Assembly (NCBI GenBank): GCA_017509685.1
Contig: JAFWPA010000087.1
Location: forward strand, 768-64,767
Source: Bacteroidales bacterium
GTDB lineage: Bacteria; Bacteroidota; Bacteroidia; Bacteroidales; UBA932
Reading direction: 5' to 3'
Length of the DNA: 64,000 nucleotides
The position numbers were made by a program, and so were the translations under genes. This document shows, piece by piece, positions 28,111 to 41,030 of the stretch (positions within the stretch are counted from its first letter, which is position 1; each line of letters begins with the position of its first letter). The notes beneath the pieces were generated by a model. It searched no databases, was not told the origin of the DNA, and worked only from the letters and a program-made list of their open reading frames with translations.

Positions 28111-28145
28111 TACAAAAATAGCAAAAAATTTTTGCTATTTTTGTA
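28111..28145. promoter_or_regulatory. Perfectly palindromic divergent promoter
   Basis: TACAAAAATAGCAAAAA-A-TTTTTGCTATTTTTGTA; carries TATTTTTG on both strands. Confidence 0.7.
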
Positions 28146-28154
28146 TCGGTAACT

Positions 28155-28646
28155 ATGGATATTACGCTGAAATACAGTTCCCGGATGATGGTTTATGCAG
28201 CCATCCTCTTTGTTGCAGCCCTCACTGTCGCTGTCTTGTTTCTGGTAGTGCCCCAGGACCCTACGGGCTACCTGTTCGGGACCCTTGTGGCAGGTGCGTT
28301 CTCCGTGCTGATGCTGGTGCTTTTCCTCAAGGAAAGGAAACGCTGCCGCAAGACGGTCGTTATCTCGCCGGAAGGGATACGGACAGAGGATGGGGCGCTC
28401 CTGGAAGCCGCTGCTATCGACCACTGCTATCTCCACATCTGCGATTTATTCATCCCTGCGGAAAAGGGCGGCTCCATCGACAAAAGTTTCTGCCACCTGA
28501 TTGTCGTCTTCAAGGACGGACGGGAAAAATGCATTGACCTCAAGGACTACGGCATCTCTTTCAAGAAAGCGGAATCCCTGCACACGGTAGTGAACACCAT
28601 TCCCGGGATGCCCCTTTTCAAAGAGCCCGTCATTGAGCATTTCTAG
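28155..28646 (+). CDS. Hypothetical membrane protein (2 TM plus small soluble domain)
   Basis: Two hydrophobic helices followed by a beta-rich domain. Confidence 0.7.
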   Translation: MDITLKYSSRMMVYAAILFVAALTVAVLFLVVPQDPTGYLFGTLVAGAFSVLMLVLFLKERKRCRKTVVISPEGIRTEDGALLEAAAIDHCYLHICDLFIPAEKGGSIDKSFCHLIVVFKDGREKCIDLKDYGISFKKAESLHTVVNTIPGMPLFKEPVIEHF

Positions 28647-28654
28647 AAGTTCCT

Positions 28655-29809
28655 ATGAAGATCAAGCACTATATCATCTGTCTGTTATTGCTTCTGGCAG
28701 GATCGGTCGGAAGAGTCGCCGCACAGAACATCTCGTTTTATGCAGGTTGCAGCAAGGCGCTGTATGACGGTCGGTTTTATCCAGCCCTTTTCGGCGATAA
28801 GGTTGCGCCGGTATTCCCTACCTTTGATGTCAGGTTGGGCTGGGCAGATTACAGTTCGTCACCTTTCGCAACCATCTGCAAGCACCCGGAGGTGGGTATC
28901 GGCTTTCAGCTTGACGCCCTTGCCGGCGTGCCTGCGGCGAACGGACCGGGCATGGGCAATATATACAGCATATACGGCTATATTGACCGTCCTTTGTTCG
29001 TGCGGGGTGGTTTCAGTTTCGGGTACAGCGGCGAATTCGGCCTTGGATTCGTGTTCAGCAGGCGTTATGATCCCGCCACGAACCCCTGGAACGTGCTTAT
29101 CTCGATGCCTGTCAATGCCCATATCTCTTTGGGAGTCCAGGCGCAGTATGCCTTTTCATCCCGCTTTGATGTGGGTCTCGGCTTCTTTTTCAACCATCAT
29201 TCCAACGGTGCCGTCACCTTCCCGAATTATGGCATCAATTCATTCGAACTTGCTTTGCGCGTGGGTATGAAAACGCTACGAAGCGCGAAACAATTGCCAA
29301 GCGAGCCGGAAGATGACGGATTCAAGCGCCGCTTTCAGTTTGCCATACAGGTGTCAGGCGGTATCATGAGCAACGAAGCCGGCTATGAGAAGAATATTCA
29401 AGAGAACGGCATCTGGGTTAACGACCGTTACCTCAAATATTCTTTCGAGGTCAACGCATTTTACAGGTATAGCCGCACAAACGCCAGTGGTCTGGGATTT
29501 GACTTGTACGTCACACCTTTCTGCGATAAGATCGCGGAAAGCGACGGCCAAGGAATTAAGTACGATCCGGTCTCCTATGGCTTTTCCCTCCTGCATGAGT
29601 TCAGTTACCGCAATTTGTCGCTGATGCTTGGCTTAGGGCATTATCTGCACCATAACGACGGACTGGAGCAGGCCCAGCGCTGGTATCAGTTGGTAACCGT
29701 TAAGTATTACTTCCCGAAACTGGCCGACATGTACCTGGGAGTTGTCCTGAAGGCACATCGGTTCAGGGCCGCAGAGAGCATCCAGCTCTGTCTTGGCAAA
29801 CGGTTCTGA
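28655..29809 (+). CDS. Acyloxyacyl hydrolase / PagL-like outer-membrane deacylase
   Basis: Signal peptide, FNHHSNG motif with PNYGIN, beta-barrel pattern, C-terminal Phe. Confidence 0.78.
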   Translation: MKIKHYIICLLLLLAGSVGRVAAQNISFYAGCSKALYDGRFYPALFGDKVAPVFPTFDVRLGWADYSSSPFATICKHPEVGIGFQLDALAGVPAANGPGMGNIYSIYGYIDRPLFVRGGFSFGYSGEFGLGFVFSRRYDPATNPWNVLISMPVNAHISLGVQAQYAFSSRFDVGLGFFFNHHSNGAVTFPNYGINSFELALRVGMKTLRSAKQLPSEPEDDGFKRRFQFAIQVSGGIMSNEAGYEKNIQENGIWVNDRYLKYSFEVNAFYRYSRTNASGLGFDLYVTPFCDKIAESDGQGIKYDPVSYGFSLLHEFSYRNLSLMLGLGHYLHHNDGLEQAQRWYQLVTVKYYFPKLADMYLGVVLKAHRFRAAESIQLCLGKRF

Positions 29810-29824
29810 AGAAAACGCCGGCGC

Positions 29825-30766
29825 CTACTGGATAATCCGGTTCAAAAACGCGACCATCCTGGCATTGACTTCGCGGGATTCCGGGAGGTCCGGGTTGGTG
29901 ACGTTGTGCACGTGGCCCACGGCCTTGTCTTCCGATGCGATGTCTACCAGTTCCACGGGGCGGTCCAGGGCGTTGCAGTCTTCCACAATCAGGAGGGACT
30001 GCGCGCGGATGAAGTCCTTGGTGCAGGTAGAGACGAATAAGGGGCCTGTATAACTGTTCATGAAGGTTCTGGGGGACATGGACTTCATCCAGTCCGCATC
30101 CTGGTAACGGGGACCCAGGAACCATTCCATAGCACTCTCGGAGAAACCGTCGGAGTTGCTGAATGCGGCGAAGTCGTAAGCGGGGCAGTTGAGGAGCACG
30201 CCCTGGGGCTTAAAGATTGACGGGTGAATGGGAAGCGTCGGGTCCTGGGCGCCTTCGGCCATATAGAGGGCCAGGTGTCCGCCGGCGGAATCCCCCGTGA
30301 GGAACATGCAGTCTTTGTTGAGGCCCAGTTCATCGGCATGTGCGGTGAGATAGTCCAGCGCGGCGGCGCAGTCGGCCAGTTCGTCACTCACATCCAGCTT
30401 GCCGTCGTTCAGGCGGTATTCCACCAGCACCACGTCATAGCCTTCTTTCAGGAAAACGGATGCAAACGGACGGTTGTTCTTCCGGTTGCCGCCGATGTAA
30501 AAACCGCCGTGAATATCCACCAGCACGGCATTCTTGCGAATGTTCGCGGGCGCATAGTAAATATCCATCACCTGCGCGGGCGTGCCGTTCTCCACATAGG
30601 GAATACCAATCCTGCTGTCACATGAATCGGCATGACACGTGAACTTCTGTTCTTTGCTGAAGGAGGAGACCATCATCTTCAGCAGGGGTTTACTGATTCT
30701 AAACTGGCAGCCGGAGAGCAGGCACACTGCGGCCAGTACGGTGACAAGGAGGCCGGTTCGTTTCAT
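29825..30766 (-). CDS. Alpha/beta hydrolase (HSL-like esterase) lipoprotein
   Basis: Lipobox LSGC, HGGF, GDSAGG. Confidence 0.9.
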   Translation of the reverse strand: MKRTGLLVTVLAAVCLLSGCQFRISKPLLKMMVSSFSKEQKFTCHADSCDSRIGIPYVENGTPAQVMDIYYAPANIRKNAVLVDIHGGFYIGGNRKNNRPFASVFLKEGYDVVLVEYRLNDGKLDVSDELADCAAALDYLTAHADELGLNKDCMFLTGDSAGGHLALYMAEGAQDPTLPIHPSIFKPQGVLLNCPAYDFAAFSNSDGFSESAMEWFLGPRYQDADWMKSMSPRTFMNSYTGPLFVSTCTKDFIRAQSLLIVEDCNALDRPVELVDIASEDKAVGHVHNVTNPDLPESREVNARMVAFLNRIIQ

Positions 30767-30778
30767 ATACGGGAGAGA

Positions 30779-31768
30779 TTATCTGGGGCTGAGGGAAAGC
30801 AGCAGCTGAAGCTCCTGGTTCACGGCTTCGGAGAAGGTGAGACCGTCGTCCTCGCGGGGCGGGAATTCGTCGGTGAAGATGCCTTTCTCGTGGTCGATGG
30901 AGATGGTCTGGATGCCCACGGAAACCATGCGGCTCAGGTCCTCCAGTGTGGGATAAACATAGACGAAGTTGACGTCGTCGCGGGTTTGCAGCAGGCCGAT
31001 GACGCTGCCGTCCTTGAGCATGAAGCGCACAGCGGCGTCGTAGGGGATGTGGAACTGTTCCTTGGTGCCGATCACAAAGGCCAGGTCCAGGTCTTCCTCA
31101 TTGTTATTCTTATAATAAAGGTGAGAAAGAATGATGTTGTAGTCGTAATTGGCGCCCCGGCCCACTACAGGCTCGGCGGCGGACAGGATGCTGTTCACGT
31201 TCTCCGTATAACTGGCAAGGGTGGCTTCCAGGTCGATGGTGGAATCGGCCGCCTTCAGGATGGCCTGGCAGTGACGCTCCAGAAGTTCTCCCATCTCGTT
31301 GCCGGTGAAGTTGGCCTGGATGTAGTCGTCCGGCTCCCAGCCCGTGATGATGTCCAGGCTTTTGACGCCCTTCACCATCTTTTCCATATCGGCCGGCTCC
31401 ACGGCGTATTTCAGCCGGTTCAGGAAGGTGCCGTTGTCCAGACGGCGCTTGGTGGCCGAATCTTCGCCAATCTGGTCCAGGCGCAGCAATTTGCCGCTGC
31501 TCAGCGTAACGGCCATCTTTACACCCTTGGGAACCACGGTGCTGGTTTTCTGCACCAGGTTCATATACAGCAGATACAGGGTGGAGCCATCCGGGAAACC
31601 GGCCAGTTCCACCTTCACCTGGGTGGGGATGCCGTCCAGGGTGAGGTTCTCGTATTCCGTGCAAATATGGGTAATACCGCCGGCGCGGTAATTGGTACGT
31701 ATGGTCTGGGCCATGGCCGTAAAGGCAAGGGAGATGGCCAGCGCAAACAGGAGGGCTTTCTTCATCAT
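30779..31768 (-). CDS. Exported hypothetical protein with two similar domains
   Basis: Signal peptide, host-like codon use, internal duplication. Confidence 0.75.
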   Translation of the reverse strand: MMKKALLFALAISLAFTAMAQTIRTNYRAGGITHICTEYENLTLDGIPTQVKVELAGFPDGSTLYLLYMNLVQKTSTVVPKGVKMAVTLSSGKLLRLDQIGEDSATKRRLDNGTFLNRLKYAVEPADMEKMVKGVKSLDIITGWEPDDYIQANFTGNEMGELLERHCQAILKAADSTIDLEATLASYTENVNSILSAAEPVVGRGANYDYNIILSHLYYKNNNEEDLDLAFVIGTKEQFHIPYDAAVRFMLKDGSVIGLLQTRDDVNFVYVYPTLEDLSRMVSVGIQTISIDHEKGIFTDEFPPREDDGLTFSEAVNQELQLLLSLSPR

Positions 31769-31836
31769 TTTGGTTTTGAAGGACAAAAATACGAAAAAAA
31801 TTGCTTACTTTTGTTGTTCAGAATAATCCTGTGCTC

Positions 31837-32700
31837 ATGAAAAGCATATTTCGTACCATAGTTGCCCTTGCCATGCTGCTGATGGCGGTTTCCTGCAGTA
31901 AGATCCTGGAGCCGCTGTATATTGGCATTTCCAATACTACCTGGAGCTATACGCTGGACGACCAGCGGGCCCTCGTCCATTTCGGGTCCGACGACCGCGT
32001 AACCATCGTTCAGCGCAGTAACGGCAACGGCGCCGTGCAGTTCAATAACGGCACTTATTCCGTGGACGGCCACTCCGTGGATATCCTCAGCGATGAAGGT
32101 ACCAGCAACCGCCTGGTACGCACTTTCTCCCACCTGAAGAACAGCAAGAACAAGAATTTCTCCACGTTCAAGCCGCAGGAATATGCCAGCCTGGATTACA
32201 CCGTGTGGACCAGTCTCCGGAAAGACGTTTTCCGTCTGGTTTATTTTACCCCGGACGGAAAAACCGAACAGGTCAGCTTCAAAAACGTCACTCATGAGGA
32301 AGGTGTACCTTATGGCTGGGAAAAAGGGGAGACCCCCTTCACGCTCAGCGGCTCCCATCTGGATATGGGCAAGGAAAGCGCCATCCTCTTCGACGAGGTG
32401 ATGCTGGTAGACGATGTGTGGTTCATGCATTTTCCGGTCAATGAGAATACGGGTATTTCAGACCTGACGGGCACCATGTGGACTTACCGCTCCAACAGTT
32501 ACCCCGGCATCATCATCTTCGATACCAACAGCTCCTTCACCCGCGTCCTGTTAAGCAGCCGCATCCTGTACCAGGTAAACCGGGGCACCTACGTTCAAAC
32601 GGGGAATGTCGTTACCATGACGCTGAACGGAAAAACGGAAGACTGCCTCATCGAGGGTGACAGCTTCACCTATCTGGAGAGAACCTACGACCTTTATTAA
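31837..32700 (+). CDS. Hypothetical lipoprotein with three beta-rich repeats
   Basis: Lipobox AVSC; repeated TxW motifs. Confidence 0.75.
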   Translation: MKSIFRTIVALAMLLMAVSCSKILEPLYIGISNTTWSYTLDDQRALVHFGSDDRVTIVQRSNGNGAVQFNNGTYSVDGHSVDILSDEGTSNRLVRTFSHLKNSKNKNFSTFKPQEYASLDYTVWTSLRKDVFRLVYFTPDGKTEQVSFKNVTHEEGVPYGWEKGETPFTLSGSHLDMGKESAILFDEVMLVDDVWFMHFPVNENTGISDLTGTMWTYRSNSYPGIIIFDTNSSFTRVLLSSRILYQVNRGTYVQTGNVVTMTLNGKTEDCLIEGDSFTYLERTYDLY

Positions 32701-32702
32701 TA

Positions 32703-33131
32703 ATGATGTACCAGTTCATTCAAGACGGCGGTCATTATGTGATCAGCCTGAACAATCACGTGAGCGTGATGGAAGCCCTGACGGCTTTTTGCCGGGAACA
32801 GCATATCCTTTCCGGTGTGATTGGCGGCCTTGGCGCCGTGAACGAAGCCACCTTCCGTTACCTGGATCCCGCCACCATGAAGTATGTAGACAAGACCTTC
32901 CTGGAGCAGATGGAGATTACCAACCTTACGGGTAACATCTCTGAAAAGGACGGCCAGCCCTATCTCCACGTGCATATAACAGCATCCAGGAGTGACTACT
33001 CCTGTGTGGGCGGTCATCTCCTGGATGCGAAAATCAGCGGTGCCTGCGAACTCACGGTAGATGCCTTCCCGGCATTACATCCCGGCCGCAGGGCCGACGA
33101 AGAAACAGGTATTAATCTGTATCGGTTTTAG
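32703..33131 (+). CDS. PPC/DUF296-domain protein
   Basis: GLGAV, EITNLTGNIS, HVH, GGHL. Confidence 0.9.
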   Translation: MMYQFIQDGGHYVISLNNHVSVMEALTAFCREQHILSGVIGGLGAVNEATFRYLDPATMKYVDKTFLEQMEITNLTGNISEKDGQPYLHVHITASRSDYSCVGGHLLDAKISGACELTVDAFPALHPGRRADEETGINLYRF

Positions 33132-34248
33132 CGAACATTTCCTTTACCTTGGGCAGGTATCCCTTGCCCAGGACAATGCCGCAACCCAGCACAAATCCTA
33201 AGAAGGTCCAGACAATCAGCGTCTTGGCCCGGCTGTTGGACGGCTTACGGGGAACGGCGACGGGCTGCACGATGGTAAGTACCGGCGTATCCCGCTTCAC
33301 CTGCATCTTGGCCTGTTCCAGCTGCTTGGCCATTTCGGAGTAGATGGAATTGGCCACCATGTACTTGCTCTGGAGGCGTTCCTGCTCGATCTGGGAGCGG
33401 GTGGTGGTCATATTCTGGTTACGGTCCCTTACAGTTGCCAGGGCGGTCTGGTAGGATTCGGCTTCGGCCTTGATTTCATTGTAGCGTGCCTGGATGTAAT
33501 TCAGGTTGTCCTGTGCCTTCTCCGTGCGGAAGCGGGTAATCTCTTCCTGCAGCAGCTGCTGGGCCTTCATGGCCAGTTCGGCGGTTACTATGGGTTCCGA
33601 ACTGGTGACGGAGAGGGTGAGGTAACCTTCCTTCTTGTCCACGGCCAGGTTTACGTTCTGTGCCAGCACCTTCATGATCTTTTCCTCGTCTTTGGTGACC
33701 AGCAGCGGTTTGGGCGAATTGTCGCTTTCCCCTCCTGCCAGCACCGGATCCGGTTTCTCTTTCCGGATAGCCCCCATAATGACGCCGGGCAGGCCGATGG
33801 TATACTTGAGGATATAACTGATCACCGTGGGTTTGTCATACTCCTTGGCATAGGTCATCATACACACGGCGGTGTCGGCCTTTTCGTAGTGCAGCGGGGT
33901 GTAGATGAGCTCCTTGCGGAAAGGAATGCTGCTCACGATCTGCGGATAGACCAGCGGGGAAAGTTCCGAGCTGGACATGTTGGCGGTTCCCAGATCGAAG
34001 CCGGCCAGGGAAGCCAGACTGCTCAGGGAAGAGCTTCTGGAAGAACCCAGCTGGGGCACCATCACGGAACTCACCGTGTAGGTGCGTTTCATGGTGAGGG
34101 CGGCTACCAGGCCCAGGACAATGAACACGGCCGTGCAGATGATGATGGTCTTGCGGCCATCCCACATCTGTTTTACCAGGCCGATGATGTCGATGCCTTC
34201 CTCTTCTTCCTGCACGGGAGGCTGGACGTAGGTCTTGTTTTCTTCCAT
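33112..34248 (-). CDS. wzz: Wzz-like polysaccharide chain-length determinant
   Basis: IDIIGL..W, N- and C-terminal TM helices, coiled coil, QPVAVPRKPS. Confidence 0.85.
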   Translation of the reverse strand: MEENKTYVQPPVQEEEEGIDIIGLVKQMWDGRKTIIICTAVFIVLGLVAALTMKRTYTVSSVMVPQLGSSRSSSLSSLASLAGFDLGTANMSSSELSPLVYPQIVSSIPFRKELIYTPLHYEKADTAVCMMTYAKEYDKPTVISYILKYTIGLPGVIMGAIRKEKPDPVLAGGESDNSPKPLLVTKDEEKIMKVLAQNVNLAVDKKEGYLTLSVTSSEPIVTAELAMKAQQLLQEEITRFRTEKAQDNLNYIQARYNEIKAEAESYQTALATVRDRNQNMTTTRSQIEQERLQSKYMVANSIYSEMAKQLEQAKMQVKRDTPVLTIVQPVAVPRKPSNSRAKTLIVWTFLGFVLGCGIVLGKGYLPKVKEMFAKTDTD

Positions 34249-34250
34249 AA

Positions 34251-36941
34251 TTAGTTAAGTCTTTCGATGAGCAGGATCATGGAAACCACGGAGGTGAGGG
34301 CGCTCAGGGAACTGGCGGCAATCTGCTCCCACTTGACGGGTTCCTTCGGCTCGGCAGCCTTCTCCTGACGCTTGGTATCCATGGCCAGGGTGATGGTGGA
34401 ACCGGGTTCTACCTTGGGATAGATACGGAAGAACAGGAAGTGCTTGGTACCGTTGCTCTGGTTGTTGGGCATGGTCACGGTGACGGAATTTCTGTCGGCG
34501 AACTTCTGGAAGCCGCCGGCGTAGTTGCGGATGTACCAGCCGGCGTTCTTGCCACCGCGGTAGGTAATGGTCTTCTGGGTGGAGACATAGTCTTCCGGCA
34601 CATACTGGGCCATACGGGTACCGGTCTCACGGATGGTGACCGTGTTCTCCATACGGACGATGTTGATCACGTCGCCTTCCATCAGGATGGGGTCGTCCTT
34701 GGTCTTGCGGGAGCTCCTGTTGGCATCGGTAAGATTGACGCCGATGGGGCCGCGGCCCTTGAAGGTGCGGAAGAGGGTGGCGTAAGGAGAGGCGTCGTCC
34801 ATCAGGCCGCCGGCCATCTTGATGACCTCGGACAGCTGGGTGCGGGAGTCTTCCAGCACATAGGTGCCGGGATAACGGACACGGCCGTTGATCTCCACGC
34901 TGCGGCCCATGGCGAAGTTGGGCATCTGGCGCACGACCACGTGGTCGTAAGGCATCAGGTAGAAGGGCTCGGTGGGATTGTAATTCTCGTCCACCTCAAT
35001 GGTAACCAGGTCAAACTTAGCTTCCTTGGGGTCGTCCAGGTTCAGGCGGAACACTTCCACGCGGTCCGGGGCTGCACCCACTTCAAAACCGCCGGCCATG
35101 GTGATGAGGTCGTGGACGGTGATGGAGGAGTCGAAGGTGGTGCCGAACGGATTTTTCACCGCGCCGCTGATGTGTACCTCACCCATATTGGTATAAGTGC
35201 TGTTGTCATACACGCGCAGTTCGTCGCCGGGCTGCAGCATCACGTCTCCGTCGTCTTCCAGGGAAACGGCGATGTATTCCATCTTGGCCGGGTTGGTAAG
35301 GTCCTTGCGGAAGATGTAACCCAGGGGATAGACGTTGGGCAGCAGACCGTCGGCCAGTTCGATGGCCTGGTTGATGCTCATGCGGTCGTTGAGGCCGAAG
35401 TTGCGGGTGAAGGGCGTACGCACCAGACCGCTCACGGAGATGGTGGCCACGTCACGGAAATCGGCCAGGGTGAGCACCTTCACGGCGTCACGTCCCTGAA
35501 GAGTGAAATCCGGGTTGCCGTTGATGCCGGGGAAGGGAACCGTGAGAACTTCCACGGTCTCATCGGGACGCGTACGTTCTACCAGCACGTATTCGGTGCG
35601 GGCGGTGTAACGCGGTTTGGCGTTGTCCAGCAGTTTTTTCAGGCTGCGGTTCTTCTCCAGGTCGAAGTTGCCGCCGTAGTATACATCACCGCTCACGGAC
35701 ACGAAGTTCTCCATGGGCTTGTTGATGCTCTTGATGCGAACGATGTCGCCGCCTTCCAGCGGGGCTTTCTGGGCACCGGAAACGATATTCTTCAGGTCAT
35801 ATTCCAGATAGGCCTTTTCGTCTCCCACATAGCGCTCGATCTGTACGAATTCGGGATAGGCGTTGTCCTTGAGGCCGCCGGCGTAACGGATGAGGTCGGC
35901 CAGCGTCTCGCCTTCAATCATCTCATAGCGCATGGGACGGTTGACGGCACCTTCGATGGAAACCACTTTGTCGGCCACGGGGACGAAGAGAATATCGTTG
36001 TTCTGGAGGTCGAACTTGTCACCGGAAACTGCGCCGGTCATGAACTGGTACAGGTCCATCTTGGTGGTCTTGCCGGCCCGGGAACGCTGGATGTTACGCA
36101 GGGAACCGATGGCGGTGGGGCCGCCGGCGGCTGCCAGGGCATTGAAGGCCGTGTTGAGGGCGCTGACGGTGAAACCGCCCTGTACGCCCACTTCACCGTA
36201 GATGCTCACCATGATGGTACGGGCGGTGGTGATGGTCACGGCAATCTGGTCCTGGCGGAAGGAATAGTGCTGGGCCAGTTTGCTCTTGATGGCCTGGCGG
36301 GCCTGGGCCAGGGTGAGGCCCTTCAGGAAAATCTTGGTGGAACCGGTGGGCTGGATGGAACCGTCCGGGGAAATGATCTGATGGATTTCCGTCTGGGAAG
36401 AGCCGAAGATGGAGATGTGCACTTCATCACCGGTTCCCAGAACATAGGTGTCCGGGGCCTGGGCGCCGTCCGTGGTACGGAAAACATCCAGGGACTTGCC
36501 GGTAAACAGCGAGTGGCCGTAAATGTCGTTGCCGACGGTAGGGGAAACGTTGTTCTTCTGCAAGGTTTCCTCCAACTTGGCTTCGGCGGCCGCTTCGCCC
36601 ATACTGGTCTGGGGAAGGTCTGCCGAACTCACAGTGGGTGCCACGGCGGGAGCTTCGGGCGTACCGTCCACAGTAGCTTCGGCGTTGGATGCGTTTTTGC
36701 CTGCCTTTTCCGCCTGCATCTGGTTCAGGATTCTGAGGACGCGGTCCTGATAGGCCGGGTACTCGGTGGGGGAAATGGCGTCTACATCGATGCCGTTTTC
36801 CAGCAGACGTGCCCTGACAGCGCCTTCTTCAAGGCCTCTTTTATCCAGTTCTGCCCGCGCCATGGCGAGCATATTGGCAGACTGTGCATAAGCTACTGCA
36901 GTAAGCAGGATGCACAGGAAGGTCATGACGATTTTCTTCAT
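34251..36941 (-). CDS. SLBB-repeat polysaccharide export protein (Wza/KpsD-like)
   Basis: PDTYVLGTGDEV, several V-G-V-P-G SLBB repeats, AGG motifs. Confidence 0.9.
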   Translation of the reverse strand: MKKIVMTFLCILLTAVAYAQSANMLAMARAELDKRGLEEGAVRARLLENGIDVDAISPTEYPAYQDRVLRILNQMQAEKAGKNASNAEATVDGTPEAPAVAPTVSSADLPQTSMGEAAAEAKLEETLQKNNVSPTVGNDIYGHSLFTGKSLDVFRTTDGAQAPDTYVLGTGDEVHISIFGSSQTEIHQIISPDGSIQPTGSTKIFLKGLTLAQARQAIKSKLAQHYSFRQDQIAVTITTARTIMVSIYGEVGVQGGFTVSALNTAFNALAAAGGPTAIGSLRNIQRSRAGKTTKMDLYQFMTGAVSGDKFDLQNNDILFVPVADKVVSIEGAVNRPMRYEMIEGETLADLIRYAGGLKDNAYPEFVQIERYVGDEKAYLEYDLKNIVSGAQKAPLEGGDIVRIKSINKPMENFVSVSGDVYYGGNFDLEKNRSLKKLLDNAKPRYTARTEYVLVERTRPDETVEVLTVPFPGINGNPDFTLQGRDAVKVLTLADFRDVATISVSGLVRTPFTRNFGLNDRMSINQAIELADGLLPNVYPLGYIFRKDLTNPAKMEYIAVSLEDDGDVMLQPGDELRVYDNSTYTNMGEVHISGAVKNPFGTTFDSSITVHDLITMAGGFEVGAAPDRVEVFRLNLDDPKEAKFDLVTIEVDENYNPTEPFYLMPYDHVVVRQMPNFAMGRSVEINGRVRYPGTYVLEDSRTQLSEVIKMAGGLMDDASPYATLFRTFKGRGPIGVNLTDANRSSRKTKDDPILMEGDVINIVRMENTVTIRETGTRMAQYVPEDYVSTQKTITYRGGKNAGWYIRNYAGGFQKFADRNSVTVTMPNNQSNGTKHFLFFRIYPKVEPGSTITLAMDTKRQEKAAEPKEPVKWEQIAASSLSALTSVVSMILLIERLN

Positions 36942-37014
36942 ATGGATGATTTTTTGTTTGTATTCGCGCGTGTGATAGCTCACAAAGATAAGAAAAAAAT
37001 TCGAATCTACCACA

Positions 37015-41030
<4,016 letters not shown>

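Noticed and set aside
25815-33131. Intact integrative element or prophage at tRNA-Arg
   Set aside because: No integrase, no phage or conjugation genes, and no tRNA 3'-end direct repeat seen in the window.
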